Below are positions 1 to 10,041 of a DNA stretch of 64,000 bases, one piece after another. How positions within the stretch are numbered: position 1 is the first letter of the stretch; the number at the start of each line of letters is the position of its first letter. Origin of the DNA: an uncultured Verrucomicrobiae bacterium (GTDB taxonomy: Bacteria > Verrucomicrobiota > Verrucomicrobiia > Chthoniobacterales > UBA10450). Where the stretch lies: the NCBI GenBank assembly GCA_963801815.1, contig CAWDGJ010000003.1:384001-448000 (forward strand), given 5' to 3'. The position numbers were made by a program, and so were the translations under genes. The notes below the pieces were generated by a model. It saw only the letters and a list, made by a program, of their open reading frames with translations, did not search any database and was not told the origin of the DNA.

Positions 1-287
1 CGCTCGAAGTCCCAAACTTCAGTCAGTCGTTTTTCGATTCCATCGCGCTCAGGAATCGTCTTCAGAAAGTCGAATGTGATTTTGTTCTCGGCTTCGATCC
101 ATTGCCGCGACTCGGGCGAGTCCGGGTTTTCCAACGGGCGGTAGGGATCGGCGACTTTGGCGCTGGGATAATCGTCCACCTGGTCGCTTGTTGGTGCTGT
201 CGGATATTTGAATTCCTTCGGCGAATCCGCTGCGAAAATAAAATTGAGTGGTGCTAGAAGCAGAAGCGCCAGAAAACCTCGAGCCAT
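1..287 (-). CDS. Prolyl oligopeptidase (S9A) family protein, N-terminal part; runs off the window start
   Basis: Manual translation from ATG at 287: signal peptide then KYPTAPTSDQVDDYPSAKVADPYRPLENPDSPESRQWIEAENKIT, the typical S9A N-terminus. Confidence 0.85.
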   Translation of the reverse strand, partial: MARGFLALLLLAPLNFIFAADSPKEFKYPTAPTSDQVDDYPSAKVADPYRPLENPDSPESRQWIEAENKITFDFLKTIPERDGIEKRLTEVWDFE

Positions 288-407
288 AAAACAGTCAGCG
301 AATATGGCGAGCCTCGAAGGATCGGCAATTATTAATGATAAAGCAGAAAAAAGCATTCGTTTCACAGCGCTGCTCTGGTAGAAACGCGCGCGCTCTGACG
401 ATCGACG

Positions 408-821
408 ATGAAAGCTTTCCTGGCCCGGATCCGAAATCGCGCCTTTGCGCCAGTGGACATCGCCTCGCTGGTGTTCCTTCGGATCACGTTTGGACTTCTG
501 ATGGTTTGGGAGGTCTGCCGATATTTCCGGAACGATTCGATTTATCACTTCTGGCTCGAACCGAGATTTCTGTTCAAGTACTACGGCTTTTCCTGGATCC
601 ATCCCGGGCCGGGCCATTGGCTTTACATTCATCGGGCGGCACTTGGCGTTCTTGGGCTGTTCGTCGCCGTTGGATTTCTTTATCGGATCAGGGTCCAGGC
701 TCGAATCTTTGTGTCGATCAACGGGCGCAAACCCGTTCTATATATAGATCCAATGAATATTGCTGCAATTATTCGGCGTAAATTAATTCGATTCGGCAGG
801 TGGCATTGCGGCTGCTTTTAG
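408..821 (+). pseudogene. HTTM / vitamin K-dependent gamma-carboxylase-like protein, internally deleted
   Basis: N-terminal HTTM motifs (DIASLVFLRITFG, FLFKYYGFSW, VGFLYR) joined directly to a C-terminal-type motif (VQARIFVSINGRKP..IDP) in only 137 aa. Confidence 0.65.
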
Positions 822-881
822 GAAATGCGCAAGCTGGGAGCTCAAACAAACTGAAATTGAATTAACTCCTCAAGCTTCAGC

Positions 882-913
882 AGCGCGGCCGTTTGTTCGG
901 CCGCGCTTTTTTT
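882..913 (+). terminator. Rho-independent terminator
   Basis: 10-bp stem AGCGCGGCCG/CGGCCGCGCT, 6-nt loop, T7 tract; lies between convergent genes. Confidence 0.75.
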
Positions 914-970
914 GGCAACGTGACGTTGCATCCAATTGCCGCTGCGCGACAGATTAGTCGGCCGCGTGGC

Positions 971-3900
971 TTACGATTGCTTCCAGCCGTTGCCGTTTCC
1001 GTCGCGAGCCAGGGCGGGCTCGAGTTCGGACGTAACCTCGGCACCTTCCGCGCCTTCGAGGTCAGGATCCATCAGCGATTTCTCGTGATGCTCCTTGGCA
1101 ATCAGCATGTAAAGCGAGGGAACGATGAAAAGCGTAAAGATGGTTCCAATCGTCATCCCGCCGACGAGCACGAGACCGATTGAATTTCGCGCGGCGGCGC
1201 CGGCACCGGTAACGAGGGTGAGGGGAAAGTGACCTGCCACAGTCGCGACGCTTGTCATCATGACGGGTCGCAAACGGATCCGCGCAGCTTGCGCGATTGC
1301 AGCCAGTTTTGCCATCCCTTCGCGTTGCAACTCATTCGCAAATTGTACGATCAAGATTCCGTTCTTGGAAACCAGGCCGACCAGCGTCACCAGACCGACC
1401 TCAGAGTAAATGTTAAGCGTCGTCGTGAAATGATCGGTGAAAAAGGTTCCGAACGGCATTTTCAGAAACGTGAACAACAGTGCGCCGAAGATTGCGAGCG
1501 GTACCGATCCAAGAAGAATAATTAACGGATCGCGGAAGCTATTGAACTGCGCGGCCAGAACAAGAAAAATCAAAATAATCGCAAGGGTAAATACCGCTCC
1601 GAACTTGCTGCCTTCGGTGTGTAGCTGACGAGATTCGCCCGTGTAATCGACGATGTAGCCTTTCGGTAAAATTTTCTGCGCCTCGTCTTCGAGGAATTTC
1701 AATGTCGTATCGAGCGAGCGCGTGGGCACACCGCTCAGGGTAACCGCGTTGAGCTGCTGCATGCGATTAAGCGAGCGCGCGACGGTCTTGTGACGGATTG
1801 AAGCCACCGTGCTCAACGGAATGAGCTGATTGTTCGGACCGGTTACGTAAATGTCTTTGAGCTGCTCCGGATTTAAACGATCGATGCGTTTGATCTGCGG
1901 GATCACCTTGTAGCTGCGGCCGGCGATGTTGAACCAGTTGACGTAATTACCGCCGATCGCGGCGGACAGGTCGCCGCCAACCTTCTGCATGTCCAAACCC
2001 ATCGATGCGACCTTGTCGTGGTCGAAAATGATTTCGGATTGAGGCTGATCGATCTTGGTGTCGATGTCCGAAAACTGAAACATGTGCGCTTGCATGGCCT
2101 TGCCTTGGAGCTCCTGGGCAAATTCGAGAATTCGCTCGGGATCCGCGGTGGAAGTGATGACGAAACTCACTGGAAAATTATCTGCGCCTGGAAGTGCTGC
2201 CGGCATGACCGGGAACATTCGAATGCCTGGAATACCTCCAAGCTTTTGCTGGATAAGCGGCAGATAATTTTTTGTCGGTGTCTTGCGCACACCCCACGGT
2301 TTCAAAACCATTCCGCCAAAACCGTTATCGGGAAATGTCAGTTGAAACGTGAACCTTACGTCCGGAACATCGGCAAAAATCTTGCCGGCGGCATCGGCGT
2401 AGCGAATCGTGTCGTCGATCGTTGCGTTTGCCGGCGCAGTCATGATACCGAAGATCACGCTTTGATCTTCTTGGGGAGCTAACTCGCGAGGCGACATGTA
2501 CCAAAACAGCGCGCCCAAAAGCGACAGACCGATCCAAACTGTGTAAACGGCCGGCCGCGCGGCCAGCGTGCGATCGAGGCGACTGCCGTACCAATCGCGG
2601 AACCGATCGAACGTCCGAGTGACGAAACCGCTGAAGCCGGTTTCGACCTGTTCCGCGCGCAGCAAATACGCCGACATCACCGGAGACAGAACAAGTGCGA
2701 CCACGCCAGAAATGAAAACGGCGCCAGCGAGGGTGAGCGCAAATTCTCGAAAAAGCGCGCCGGTCAATCCACCTTGCAATGCGATCGGCGTGTAAACCGC
2801 GGCGAGCGTGATCGTCATCGCGATAATCGGACCGACCAATTCGCGTGCGCCGACCAGCGCCGCGTTCATGCGCGACATGCCCTCTCGCATGTGGCGCTCG
2901 ATATTCTCGACGACGACAATCGCATCATCGACTACAAGTCCGACCGAGAGCACGATCGCGAGCAGCGTCAGCAGGTTCAACGTGAAGCCGAACAACTGCA
3001 TTAAAAAGAGTGCACCAATCAGCGAAATCGGGATCGCGACAACAGGCACGACAACGGACCGGACTGAGCCGAGAAACAAAAAGATTACGACCATCACGAT
3101 CAGCAATGTGTCGATCAAAGTTTTTACCACCTCATGGATCGCGTCGTTAATGTAAGCGGTCGCGTCGTATGCCATTTCGGCCTTCATGCCCGACGGCAAT
3201 TCCTTCTGGATTTGATCGAGTTCAGTGCGCACTCGCTTGATCACGTCGATGGAGTTCGCGTTCGGCAAAACCCAGATGCCCATGAAAACGGCTTTCTGGC
3301 CGGAGAATCGGACTTCGGTGTTGTAATCCTCTGATCCGAGCACGACGTCCGCGATGTCGCTGAGCCGAATCAGATTTCCTTTGTCCTGTTTTACCACGAG
3401 TTGTTTGAATTGATCGGCAGTGTGGAGATCGGTGTTGGCAGTGAGGTTCACCTGGAGCAGGGAGCCTTTCGTGCTGCCGACCGCGGCCAGATAATTGTTT
3501 CGCGACAACGCGCTGCGCACATCCGACGGACTGATATTCAAAGCCGCCATGCGTTCCGGCTTGAGCCAGATGCGCATCGCGAACGTGCGACCACCCAGAA
3601 TGTCAGCCCGCTGCACGCCACTAATCGAAGTTAGACGAGGTTGAACGAGCCGGACCAGATAGTCGGTGACCTCGTTAGGCTGCAGAATGTCGGACGTAAA
3701 ACTCAAGTAGGCTGAGGCGATCTGCGAATCGGCCGGGATAATAGTAATTACCGGAATCTGCGACTCGGGCGGCAAAAAATTACGGACCGCATCGACTTTC
3801 GAGCTGATGTCCGAGAGTGCCTTGTTCGCGTCATAATTTAACTTCAGACGCGCCGTGATCGTAGAAACGCCCTGCTGGCTCTGTGATTGTAAGTAATCGA

Positions 3901-4132
3901 TGCCGTCAGCGGCCGCAATCGCGCGTTCGAGCGGCGTAGTGATAAAGCCGCGCACTAGTTCGGCATCGGCGCCCACGTAAATAGTTGTCACCGTGATCGC
4001 AGCGATATCGCTGCGTGGATATTGACGCACGTTGATCGTCTTCATTGCCTGCAAGCCGGCAATGAGAATCACAAGGCTGACTACTATCGCCAGCACCGGG
4101 CGCTTGATGAAAAGGTCAGTGAAACTTTTCAT
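971..4132 (-). CDS. RND efflux transporter permease (AcrB/MexI-like)
   Basis: 1053 aa; FIKRPV start, GLVVDDAIVVVEN, SKNGIL, RLRPVMMT motifs. Confidence 0.97.
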   Translation of the reverse strand: MKSFTDLFIKRPVLAIVVSLVILIAGLQAMKTINVRQYPRSDIAAITVTTIYVGADAELVRGFITTPLERAIAAADGIDYLQSQSQQGVSTITARLKLNYDANKALSDISSKVDAVRNFLPPESQIPVITIIPADSQIASAYLSFTSDILQPNEVTDYLVRLVQPRLTSISGVQRADILGGRTFAMRIWLKPERMAALNISPSDVRSALSRNNYLAAVGSTKGSLLQVNLTANTDLHTADQFKQLVVKQDKGNLIRLSDIADVVLGSEDYNTEVRFSGQKAVFMGIWVLPNANSIDVIKRVRTELDQIQKELPSGMKAEMAYDATAYINDAIHEVVKTLIDTLLIVMVVIFLFLGSVRSVVVPVVAIPISLIGALFLMQLFGFTLNLLTLLAIVLSVGLVVDDAIVVVENIERHMREGMSRMNAALVGARELVGPIIAMTITLAAVYTPIALQGGLTGALFREFALTLAGAVFISGVVALVLSPVMSAYLLRAEQVETGFSGFVTRTFDRFRDWYGSRLDRTLAARPAVYTVWIGLSLLGALFWYMSPRELAPQEDQSVIFGIMTAPANATIDDTIRYADAAGKIFADVPDVRFTFQLTFPDNGFGGMVLKPWGVRKTPTKNYLPLIQQKLGGIPGIRMFPVMPAALPGADNFPVSFVITSTADPERILEFAQELQGKAMQAHMFQFSDIDTKIDQPQSEIIFDHDKVASMGLDMQKVGGDLSAAIGGNYVNWFNIAGRSYKVIPQIKRIDRLNPEQLKDIYVTGPNNQLIPLSTVASIRHKTVARSLNRMQQLNAVTLSGVPTRSLDTTLKFLEDEAQKILPKGYIVDYTGESRQLHTEGSKFGAVFTLAIILIFLVLAAQFNSFRDPLIILLGSVPLAIFGALLFTFLKMPFGTFFTDHFTTTLNIYSEVGLVTLVGLVSKNGILIVQFANELQREGMAKLAAIAQAARIRLRPVMMTSVATVAGHFPLTLVTGAGAAARNSIGLVLVGGMTIGTIFTLFIVPSLYMLIAKEHHEKSLMDPDLEGAEGAEVTSELEPALARDGNGNGWKQS

Positions 4133-4148
4133 CTCGATCGCGTGAACA

Positions 4149-4281
4149 AAATTCGAAATCCGAAACCCGAATTTCGAAACAAATCCGAATGCTCAAAATT
4201 CGAACCGCCAAAGCAAAGCTTCGCTTTGGTTTTTTGGATTTTGGAAATTGTTTCGGAATTTGACATTCGGATTTCGAGTTT
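4149..4281. repeat. Heptamer-built inverted-repeat element, family A (AAATCCG/TTCGAAA)
   Basis: AAATTCGAAATCCGAA...TTCGGATTTCGAGTTT arms filling the MFP-RND junction. Confidence 0.85.
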
Positions 4282-4285
4282 GCAC

Positions 4286-5620
4286 TTAGGAATCTGCCGG
4301 CGTCGGGTTCAACTGCGGTTTGGGCGCGAGATCGTTGTTGACGGTCACGTTCATACCGTTGCGCAGTTTGAATACCCCGGTGCTTACTATGACATCGCCT
4401 GCTTTCAGTCCTTCTGTAACGGAAACAAAATCACCCCGCGCTTCGCCAATTCGGACAAATGCCTGCCGCAAAGTTTGCGATTCCTTGCCGGTCTTCTCAT
4501 CCTTTTTCTTGTCGATGACGAAAACCGAATCGCCGTACGGCGCATAGGACACCGCGCTACCCGGAATCACGAGCGTTTTGCTTTTCTCCGGCAATATAAC
4601 GTCGACCTTCACAAACATTCCCGGTTTCAGCGCGTGGTCCGGATTTTCGAGCGTCGCCTGCAGAGTCATGTTGCGCGTCACTGTGTCGATCATCGAATTC
4701 AACGCGGTCAATTTGCCTTTGAATTCGCGGCCCGGCGCCGCGTCCGTGCGCACACGTGCTTCCAACCCGGGAGCGAGTTTCGATAATTCCTGTTGCGGCA
4801 GTGCAAAATCGACAAACACCGGGTCGAGCGAAGTCAACTGCACGACCGGCGTTCGCGCATCGATCGATTGACCGACATTGACCTGACGAATGCCGAGCTG
4901 TCCGTCGAACGGCGCGTGAACTTCTTTCTTCCCGATAAACGAGCGAATGTTATCCACCGCGCCTTTTTTTTGACCGAATGCTGACTCGGAAGCATCAAGC
5001 TCTTGCTTGGAAACAACTTTTCGCGCGGCCAAATCCCGCGTCCGTTGAAGATTGGCGCGGGCCAATTCTAAGTCGGCTTCAGCAGTGCGGAGTTGTGCCT
5101 CCTCCGCCGAAGTATCAAGTTTCATCAGGGTATCGCCCTTCTTCGCTTCACCGCCATTTTGGAAATCGACTTGCGCAACTACGCCGCCGAGCTCCGTTGA
5201 AACGATCGCGCCTTGCACGGCCGATACCGATCCGACCGCAGAAAGAACGGGCGCCCAATCTTCTTCGTTGACCGTTGCGCTCGCCACCGTCGTTGCCGGA
5301 GGTGTCATTTTAGCGGCCATCGCGCCCATTCTGCCGAACTGCATCGCCTTCAGGTCAATCAGCAGAAGAAAAATCGCGAGGACGGCAAAAACAGCAGCCG
5401 AAGTCGTGCGGCCGGAACGGAATCGTCGAAAGGCAATAAATCCAAACCAGACGACCAATGCGGTCACGGCGGCGATGACAATGAGCATCATTGCAAACTT
5501 CAAGAAAATCAGACCGACAACAGCCGCGACAAAGATCAGCATGTAAAGCACGGGCCAGATCCAGCGAACCCGACCCTTTTTCTTTTGTTCAAGAGTAGTT
5601 GGTTTCAAAACGTCATGCAT
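4286..5620 (-). CDS. RND efflux periplasmic adaptor (MFP) with extra N-terminal TM segments
   Basis: APFDG and LKPGMFV motifs, lipoyl-like halves; directly upstream of the RND permease. Confidence 0.95.
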   Translation of the reverse strand: MHDVLKPTTLEQKKKGRVRWIWPVLYMLIFVAAVVGLIFLKFAMMLIVIAAVTALVVWFGFIAFRRFRSGRTTSAAVFAVLAIFLLLIDLKAMQFGRMGAMAAKMTPPATTVASATVNEEDWAPVLSAVGSVSAVQGAIVSTELGGVVAQVDFQNGGEAKKGDTLMKLDTSAEEAQLRTAEADLELARANLQRTRDLAARKVVSKQELDASESAFGQKKGAVDNIRSFIGKKEVHAPFDGQLGIRQVNVGQSIDARTPVVQLTSLDPVFVDFALPQQELSKLAPGLEARVRTDAAPGREFKGKLTALNSMIDTVTRNMTLQATLENPDHALKPGMFVKVDVILPEKSKTLVIPGSAVSYAPYGDSVFVIDKKKDEKTGKESQTLRQAFVRIGEARGDFVSVTEGLKAGDVIVSTGVFKLRNGMNVTVNNDLAPKPQLNPTPADS

Positions 5621-6245
5621 GAGCGGTTTCGGTCTCCGGCTTAAATAACGATCGCCAAAGTCTGCGTGTCACGCCGAGCTGCCGTGCGCGGCGTTCGGCC
5701 GCTGTCATTTCCTGCGGTTGCAAAATATCAAGCATCAACATTCCGCGTGCGACCGCGAAAATCAGTTCCGCCAGCTCTCGCGGCGTTTGCCCATGCAACG
5801 CGTTTTGGCCTTCCGGAGAGCGTGCAATCAACTTGATCACGCCGTCCATAGATGTGTTTAAAACGTCGCGAACAAGGTCGGCCACCGCCGGATTTCTTGA
5901 CGCTTCCGCATAAAGATCGACCACGAAGGCCGAAACAACTCGTGGTTCGCTTTCGGCGCAGTGGGCCGTAAAAAGAATTTCTAACGATTCGAGTAAGGTC
6001 GGCGCCTGTCCGGCGCGCTCGAGCAAATCAGAAATTTCCTTTTTGTGCCGGTCGGCCATCGCCGCGATGACCGCTTCTTTGTTTTGAAAGTAACGGTAGA
6101 TCAGGCCGACGCTGATCCCGGCCTCCGCGCTGATGTCGTGCATGCTCGCCTGATGAAAACCGCGTTTGGCGAAGCAGACGACCGCAGCCTCGAGGATCTG
6201 CGTCCGGCGATCGAGTGTTGTGGGTTCAACGATGGCTTGAGACAT
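5613..6245 (-). CDS. TetR/AcrR family transcriptional regulator
   Basis: RRTQILEAA..FAKRGF..SMHDISAEAGISVGLIYRYF HTH. Confidence 0.95.
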   Translation of the reverse strand: MSQAIVEPTTLDRRTQILEAAVVCFAKRGFHQASMHDISAEAGISVGLIYRYFQNKEAVIAAMADRHKKEISDLLERAGQAPTLLESLEILFTAHCAESEPRVVSAFVVDLYAEASRNPAVADLVRDVLNTSMDGVIKLIARSPEGQNALHGQTPRELAELIFAVARGMLMLDILQPQEMTAAERRARQLGVTRRLWRSLFKPETETAHA

Positions 6246-6253
6246 TGAGCCAA

Positions 6254-6283
6254 GACAATGAATGAACGTTCATTCATTGTCAA
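6254..6283 (-). promoter_or_regulatory. TetR operator (perfect 28-bp palindrome) overlapping a sigma70 promoter
   Basis: GACAATGAATGAAC|GTTCATTCATTGTC at 6254-6281; minus-strand TTGACA (6283-6278), 17 nt, CATTGT; 8 nt from the tetR ATG. Confidence 0.8.
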
Positions 6284-6293
6284 ACAGCCCGCA

Positions 6294-6476
6294 TTACGAA
6301 GCCATTTGGGTTGCGACCCGCCGGTCCATGGTCGCCTGCCCGATTTGCAACGGTTGTTCGGCGAACTGCCAGATTGTGGCAATCACGCTAAGCGCCACCA
6401 AAGCGTAGATCGCCGTTTCCAGAATGTTCCGGCCCTTCTCTTCCGACTGCATCAACAACTTGTAAGTGCTATTCAT
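6294..6476 (-). CDS. Small single-TM hypothetical protein
   Basis: 60 aa ORF with a purine-rich RBS (GAGGGAGAAAGGG) and one hydrophobic helix. Confidence 0.6.
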   Translation of the reverse strand: MNSTYKLLMQSEEKGRNILETAIYALVALSVIATIWQFAEQPLQIGQATMDRRVATQMAS

Positions 6477-6574
6477 GTTTCCCTTTCTCCCTCAGAACGC
6501 TTCCGAGTCCCTCTTTTGTCTATAAAGTGACCGCGCGTTATGATTGGTGTTCAAAGATTCGATGCGACAACGTG

Positions 6575-7519
6575 ATGAATCGGATTCGAAATAATTTTCT
6601 CCGCGAGTTTTCGCCTGACGGACACTATCTTGTCGGAGTGTCAGGCGGGCGCGATTCTGTCGCGCTTTTGCATTGCCTCGTGGATGCCGGTTACAAAGAT
6701 TTAGTTGTTTGTCACTTGAATCATCAGCTTCGCGGCCGCGCGAGTGACGCCGACGCTCTGTTCGTTACAAAACTTGCGGACAAGCATCGTGTCGACCTTG
6801 TGGTCAAGTCGGCCAATGTTCGCGCACTTGCCGCAAAGAAAAAGATGTCGATCGAAACGGCGGCGCGCGATGCACGCTACAAATTTTTTGCGAAAATGGC
6901 CAAACGCCGGCGTTGCCGAACGATTTTCCTAGGTCACCACGCCGACGACGTTGTCGAAACTTTCCTGATTAATCTGTTTCGGGGTTCGGGGACAACCGGT
7001 CTCGCATCGATGCGCGAGGTTTCAAACCGTCGCATCGGCGATGTCGATCTCAAGGTCGTTAGGCCTTTGCTCGGAATCTGGCGCAGCGAGATCGATCGTT
7101 ACGTCCGATCGTATCGACTGAAGTTCCGCGAAGATGCGTCGAACAAAAATCCCACGCCACTCCGTAACCGGATTCGTCGGCGCGTCATTCCTTATTTGGA
7201 AAAAACGCTCAGCCGAAACATTCGACAAAGTATCTGGCGCGCAGCCATGATTGGCGCCGAGGAAGAAGCTTGGATTCAAAATCAGCTGCCGAATTCAAGC
7301 GATGCCCAACTTTCGGTTGCCGAATTGCGTGATTTACCGATCGCGCTTCAACGCCGCCAGATCTTGAAGTGGTTGCGCGCGCACAGCATTGGCAACGTCG
7401 GCTTCGATGTCGTGGAAAACGTCCGCGCTTTGCTCGACCAGAGCGGTCGCGTAGCCAAGACCAACCTTCCGCAGGATCGGCATGTGCGACGGCGGGCCGG
7501 CCATGTTTTTCTAGAATGA
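6575..7519 (+). CDS. tilS: tRNA(Ile)-lysidine synthetase (short form); start uncertain
   Basis: SGGRDS PP-loop, HLNHQLR, AARDARY, GHHADD, RPLL, RNRIR. Confidence 0.93.
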   Translation: MNRIRNNFLREFSPDGHYLVGVSGGRDSVALLHCLVDAGYKDLVVCHLNHQLRGRASDADALFVTKLADKHRVDLVVKSANVRALAAKKKMSIETAARDARYKFFAKMAKRRRCRTIFLGHHADDVVETFLINLFRGSGTTGLASMREVSNRRIGDVDLKVVRPLLGIWRSEIDRYVRSYRLKFREDASNKNPTPLRNRIRRRVIPYLEKTLSRNIRQSIWRAAMIGAEEEAWIQNQLPNSSDAQLSVAELRDLPIALQRRQILKWLRAHSIGNVGFDVVENVRALLDQSGRVAKTNLPQDRHVRRRAGHVFLE

Positions 7520-7520
7520 T

Positions 7521-7574
7521 CTGTAGGGGACGCTGTTAGCGCCCCAATCGGGAAGCAAACTGCTTCCCCTACAG
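7521..7574. repeat. REP-like GTAG palindrome
   Basis: CTGTAGGGGA...TCCCCTACAG arms with internal hairpins; followed by an AATCTGTGTAATCTGTGG half-element. Confidence 0.8.
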
Positions 7575-7608
7575 CAATCTGCGAAAATCTGTGTAATCTG
7601 TGGGCGTA

Positions 7609-8940
7609 ATGAGTTCCGAAATTCGCGTTCGTTTTGCGCCGTCGCCCACCGGCGATCTGCACATCGGCGGTGCGAGGACAGCCCTGTTTAACTGGCTGTT
7701 TGTGCGACATCATGGTGGCAAGCTCGTGTTGCGAATCGAAGATACCGACACCAAGCGCAACACGGAAGAAGCAGCGGCAGCGATTTACGAAGGTTTGGGA
7801 TGGCTGGGAATTACCTGGGACGAAGGTCCGCACGTCGGCGGAGATCTTGGACCGTATTTTCAAAGCCAGCGCACGGACATTTACGAGCGCTACCTGAAGA
7901 AACTTCAGGAGGCCGGCCACATTTTCGAAGACCAGGGCGCGTTGCGGTTCCGTTCGCCGCGCGAGCATGTGATCGTCAACGATCTCGTTTGCGGGAAAAT
8001 CGATTTTGACCTGACCAATCCGGGCACGCATCCGGACATGACTGTGCGGCGGCCTGACGGCTCGTGGATTTTCCATTTCGTCAACGTGATCGATGACATC
8101 GAGATGAAAATTTCGCACGTGATCCGCGGCGAAGATCATCTTTCGAACACGCCGAAGCATATCGAGCTCTATCGTGCGCTCGGCGCCACGCCTCCAAATT
8201 TTGCGCACATTCCACTTATCTTGAATCGCGACGGTTCCAAAATGAGCAAGCGCGATGAGGGTGCGTCGATCGCGACTTACATAGACCAAGGCTATGTGCC
8301 GGAAGCGGTCCGCAATTATCTTTGTTTGCTCGGCTGGTCGCCAAAGGACAATCGCGAGAAGATCGACATCGAGGAAGTCGTTAAGCTCTTCGAGCTCGAA
8401 AAAATCAATCGTCGTAATGCCGCGTTCGATCTCGACAAATGTTTTTGGCTCAACGGGCAATACATCGCGCAAATGTCACTCGATCGGTTCGTGGAATTAG
8501 CGCTGCCATTTCTGAAAAAGGCGAAGATCGACACTTCCAACGAAAAATACACTCGCGAAGTGCTTGCGATCGTGAAGGAGAAAATCAAGCTCCTGAAAGA
8601 ATTACCCGAATGGACCGGTTACTTTTTCACCGAGGATTATCAGTTCGATCCGGAAGCAGTTCAAAAAGTTTTCGGCAACCCCAAAGCCGTGGCCCACTTG
8701 AAAGCGTTGCGCGATGACTTCGCCAAAATAGACAAGTGGGACTTTCAAACACTCGAGGCGGCGCTCAAGTCACTCGCGCAGAAGCTTGGTTGCAAGACCG
8801 GTGACCTCGTTCATCCCGCGCGGGTGGCGGTAAGTGGGCGAGCTGTCGGGCCAAGTTTGTATCACATGCTTGAAGTAATGGGTAAAGAACGTGTGCTGAA
8901 GCGCTTCGACCGGATGCTAACAAAGCTTGATGCGAAATGA
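7609..8940 (+). CDS. gltX: Glutamate--tRNA ligase
   Basis: RVRFAPSPTG, HIGG, LRIEDTD, KMSKR, C-terminal anticodon-binding domain. Confidence 0.95.
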   Translation: MSSEIRVRFAPSPTGDLHIGGARTALFNWLFVRHHGGKLVLRIEDTDTKRNTEEAAAAIYEGLGWLGITWDEGPHVGGDLGPYFQSQRTDIYERYLKKLQEAGHIFEDQGALRFRSPREHVIVNDLVCGKIDFDLTNPGTHPDMTVRRPDGSWIFHFVNVIDDIEMKISHVIRGEDHLSNTPKHIELYRALGATPPNFAHIPLILNRDGSKMSKRDEGASIATYIDQGYVPEAVRNYLCLLGWSPKDNREKIDIEEVVKLFELEKINRRNAAFDLDKCFWLNGQYIAQMSLDRFVELALPFLKKAKIDTSNEKYTREVLAIVKEKIKLLKELPEWTGYFFTEDYQFDPEAVQKVFGNPKAVAHLKALRDDFAKIDKWDFQTLEAALKSLAQKLGCKTGDLVHPARVAVSGRAVGPSLYHMLEVMGKERVLKRFDRMLTKLDAK

Positions 8941-8953
8941 GCGCGCACTGTCT

Positions 8954-9063
8954 TGTCATCCCGAACGGATGTGAGGGATCTCGCAGTCGAAGTTTGGATC
9001 ACACAAAGTAGCGAGCGGGATCGATCCTCCTATGGGAGATTGCTCTCTTCGCTCGGAATGACA
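8954..9063. repeat. TGTCAT...ATGACA inverted-repeat element, family B
   Basis: TGTCATCCCGAAC...GCTCGGAATGACA; the last base is the A of the aroE ATG. Confidence 0.8.
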
Positions 9064-9986
9064 TGAAGAGGAAACCTAGTGCAATTAAGAACGTTTATAC
9101 GCTGGCGGATTTGCAGAGCTGGCGCGAAGTCAATCCGCCGATTCGTCTCGGCGTCTTGGGCGATCCGGTGGAGCATTCGCTCTCGCCGCAAATGCAGAAT
9201 GCCGCGCTCCGTCACGACAAGATCAATTTGCAATATGCGCGGTTTCTCATTCGCCCCAGCGAATTGCGTGAAGCGCTGAATCGTGTCCGAGATTTGCAGT
9301 TCGTCGGTCTCAATCTCACCCTGCCGCACAAGATTGGTGCGCCGGAGTTGGTTGATCGGCTTGACGATGATGCGAAACAAATCGGTGCAACCAATGTCAT
9401 CAAGATCGACAATGGCAGGTTGCATGGCTTCAACACGGACGGCCGCGGATTTGCCCGCGCCGTTCGCGAGGAGTTCTCTGTCGATCTGCGAGACTTGCGA
9501 GTGATGATTCTCGGTGCCGGCGGCGCGGCACGAGCGATCGCGCTGGAATGCGCGAAGTCGCATTGCGAACGTCTCGTCATTGCCAACGGAAGTTTCGAGA
9601 AAGGCGAGCGACTCGCCGAGAGGCTGCGCAACTTTTTTGAGGGACCGAAAGTTTTCGGCCCCGTTCCGCGATTGCAGGCAATCCACTGGGAGGAGGCTGC
9701 GTTTCAATTTCAAATCGCGAATGTCGATCTGATCGTTAATGCGACGCCGGTGGGTTTGAATCCCGGCGACCCGTCGCCACTGTCGTCGCGTCTGCTCGCG
9801 CCGCACTTGATGGTTTACGACACGATTTATTCCGATGCCCGGACTCCATTGGTTTCCGCCGCGCTCGAAGCCGGCGCCCGCGCCGTCAATGGACTGTCAA
9901 TGTTGCTCCATCAAGGCGCGCTCGCGTTCGAGATCTGGTTCGAGCGCGCGGCGCCAATCGAAGTTATGCGCAAAGCATTGGGTTGA
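9063..9986 (+). CDS. aroE: Shikimate dehydrogenase
   Basis: GDPVEHSLSP, NLTLPHK, NTDG, GAGGAAR, NATPVG, GLSMLLHQG. Confidence 0.95.
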   Translation: MKRKPSAIKNVYTLADLQSWREVNPPIRLGVLGDPVEHSLSPQMQNAALRHDKINLQYARFLIRPSELREALNRVRDLQFVGLNLTLPHKIGAPELVDRLDDDAKQIGATNVIKIDNGRLHGFNTDGRGFARAVREEFSVDLRDLRVMILGAGGAARAIALECAKSHCERLVIANGSFEKGERLAERLRNFFEGPKVFGPVPRLQAIHWEEAAFQFQIANVDLIVNATPVGLNPGDPSPLSSRLLAPHLMVYDTIYSDARTPLVSAALEAGARAVNGLSMLLHQGALAFEIWFERAAPIEVMRKALG

Positions 9987-9992
9987 ATTCTG

Positions 9993-10041
9993 CTGTGGCG
10001 GCAGCCGTCCCCGGCTGCAGGCGAGACGCCTGCCTCCACAG
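9993..10041. repeat. REP-like palindrome between convergent aroE and proC
   Basis: CTGTGGCGGCAG...CTGCCTCCACAG. Confidence 0.7.

Noticed and set aside
825..854. Nine-codon ORF MRKLGAQTN before the terminator as a leader peptide
   Set aside because: No same-strand downstream gene to attenuate and no regulatory codon run
4149..4281. Heptamer arrays as a CRISPR array
   Set aside because: No constant repeat with unique spacers and no cas genes; these are inverted-repeat arms
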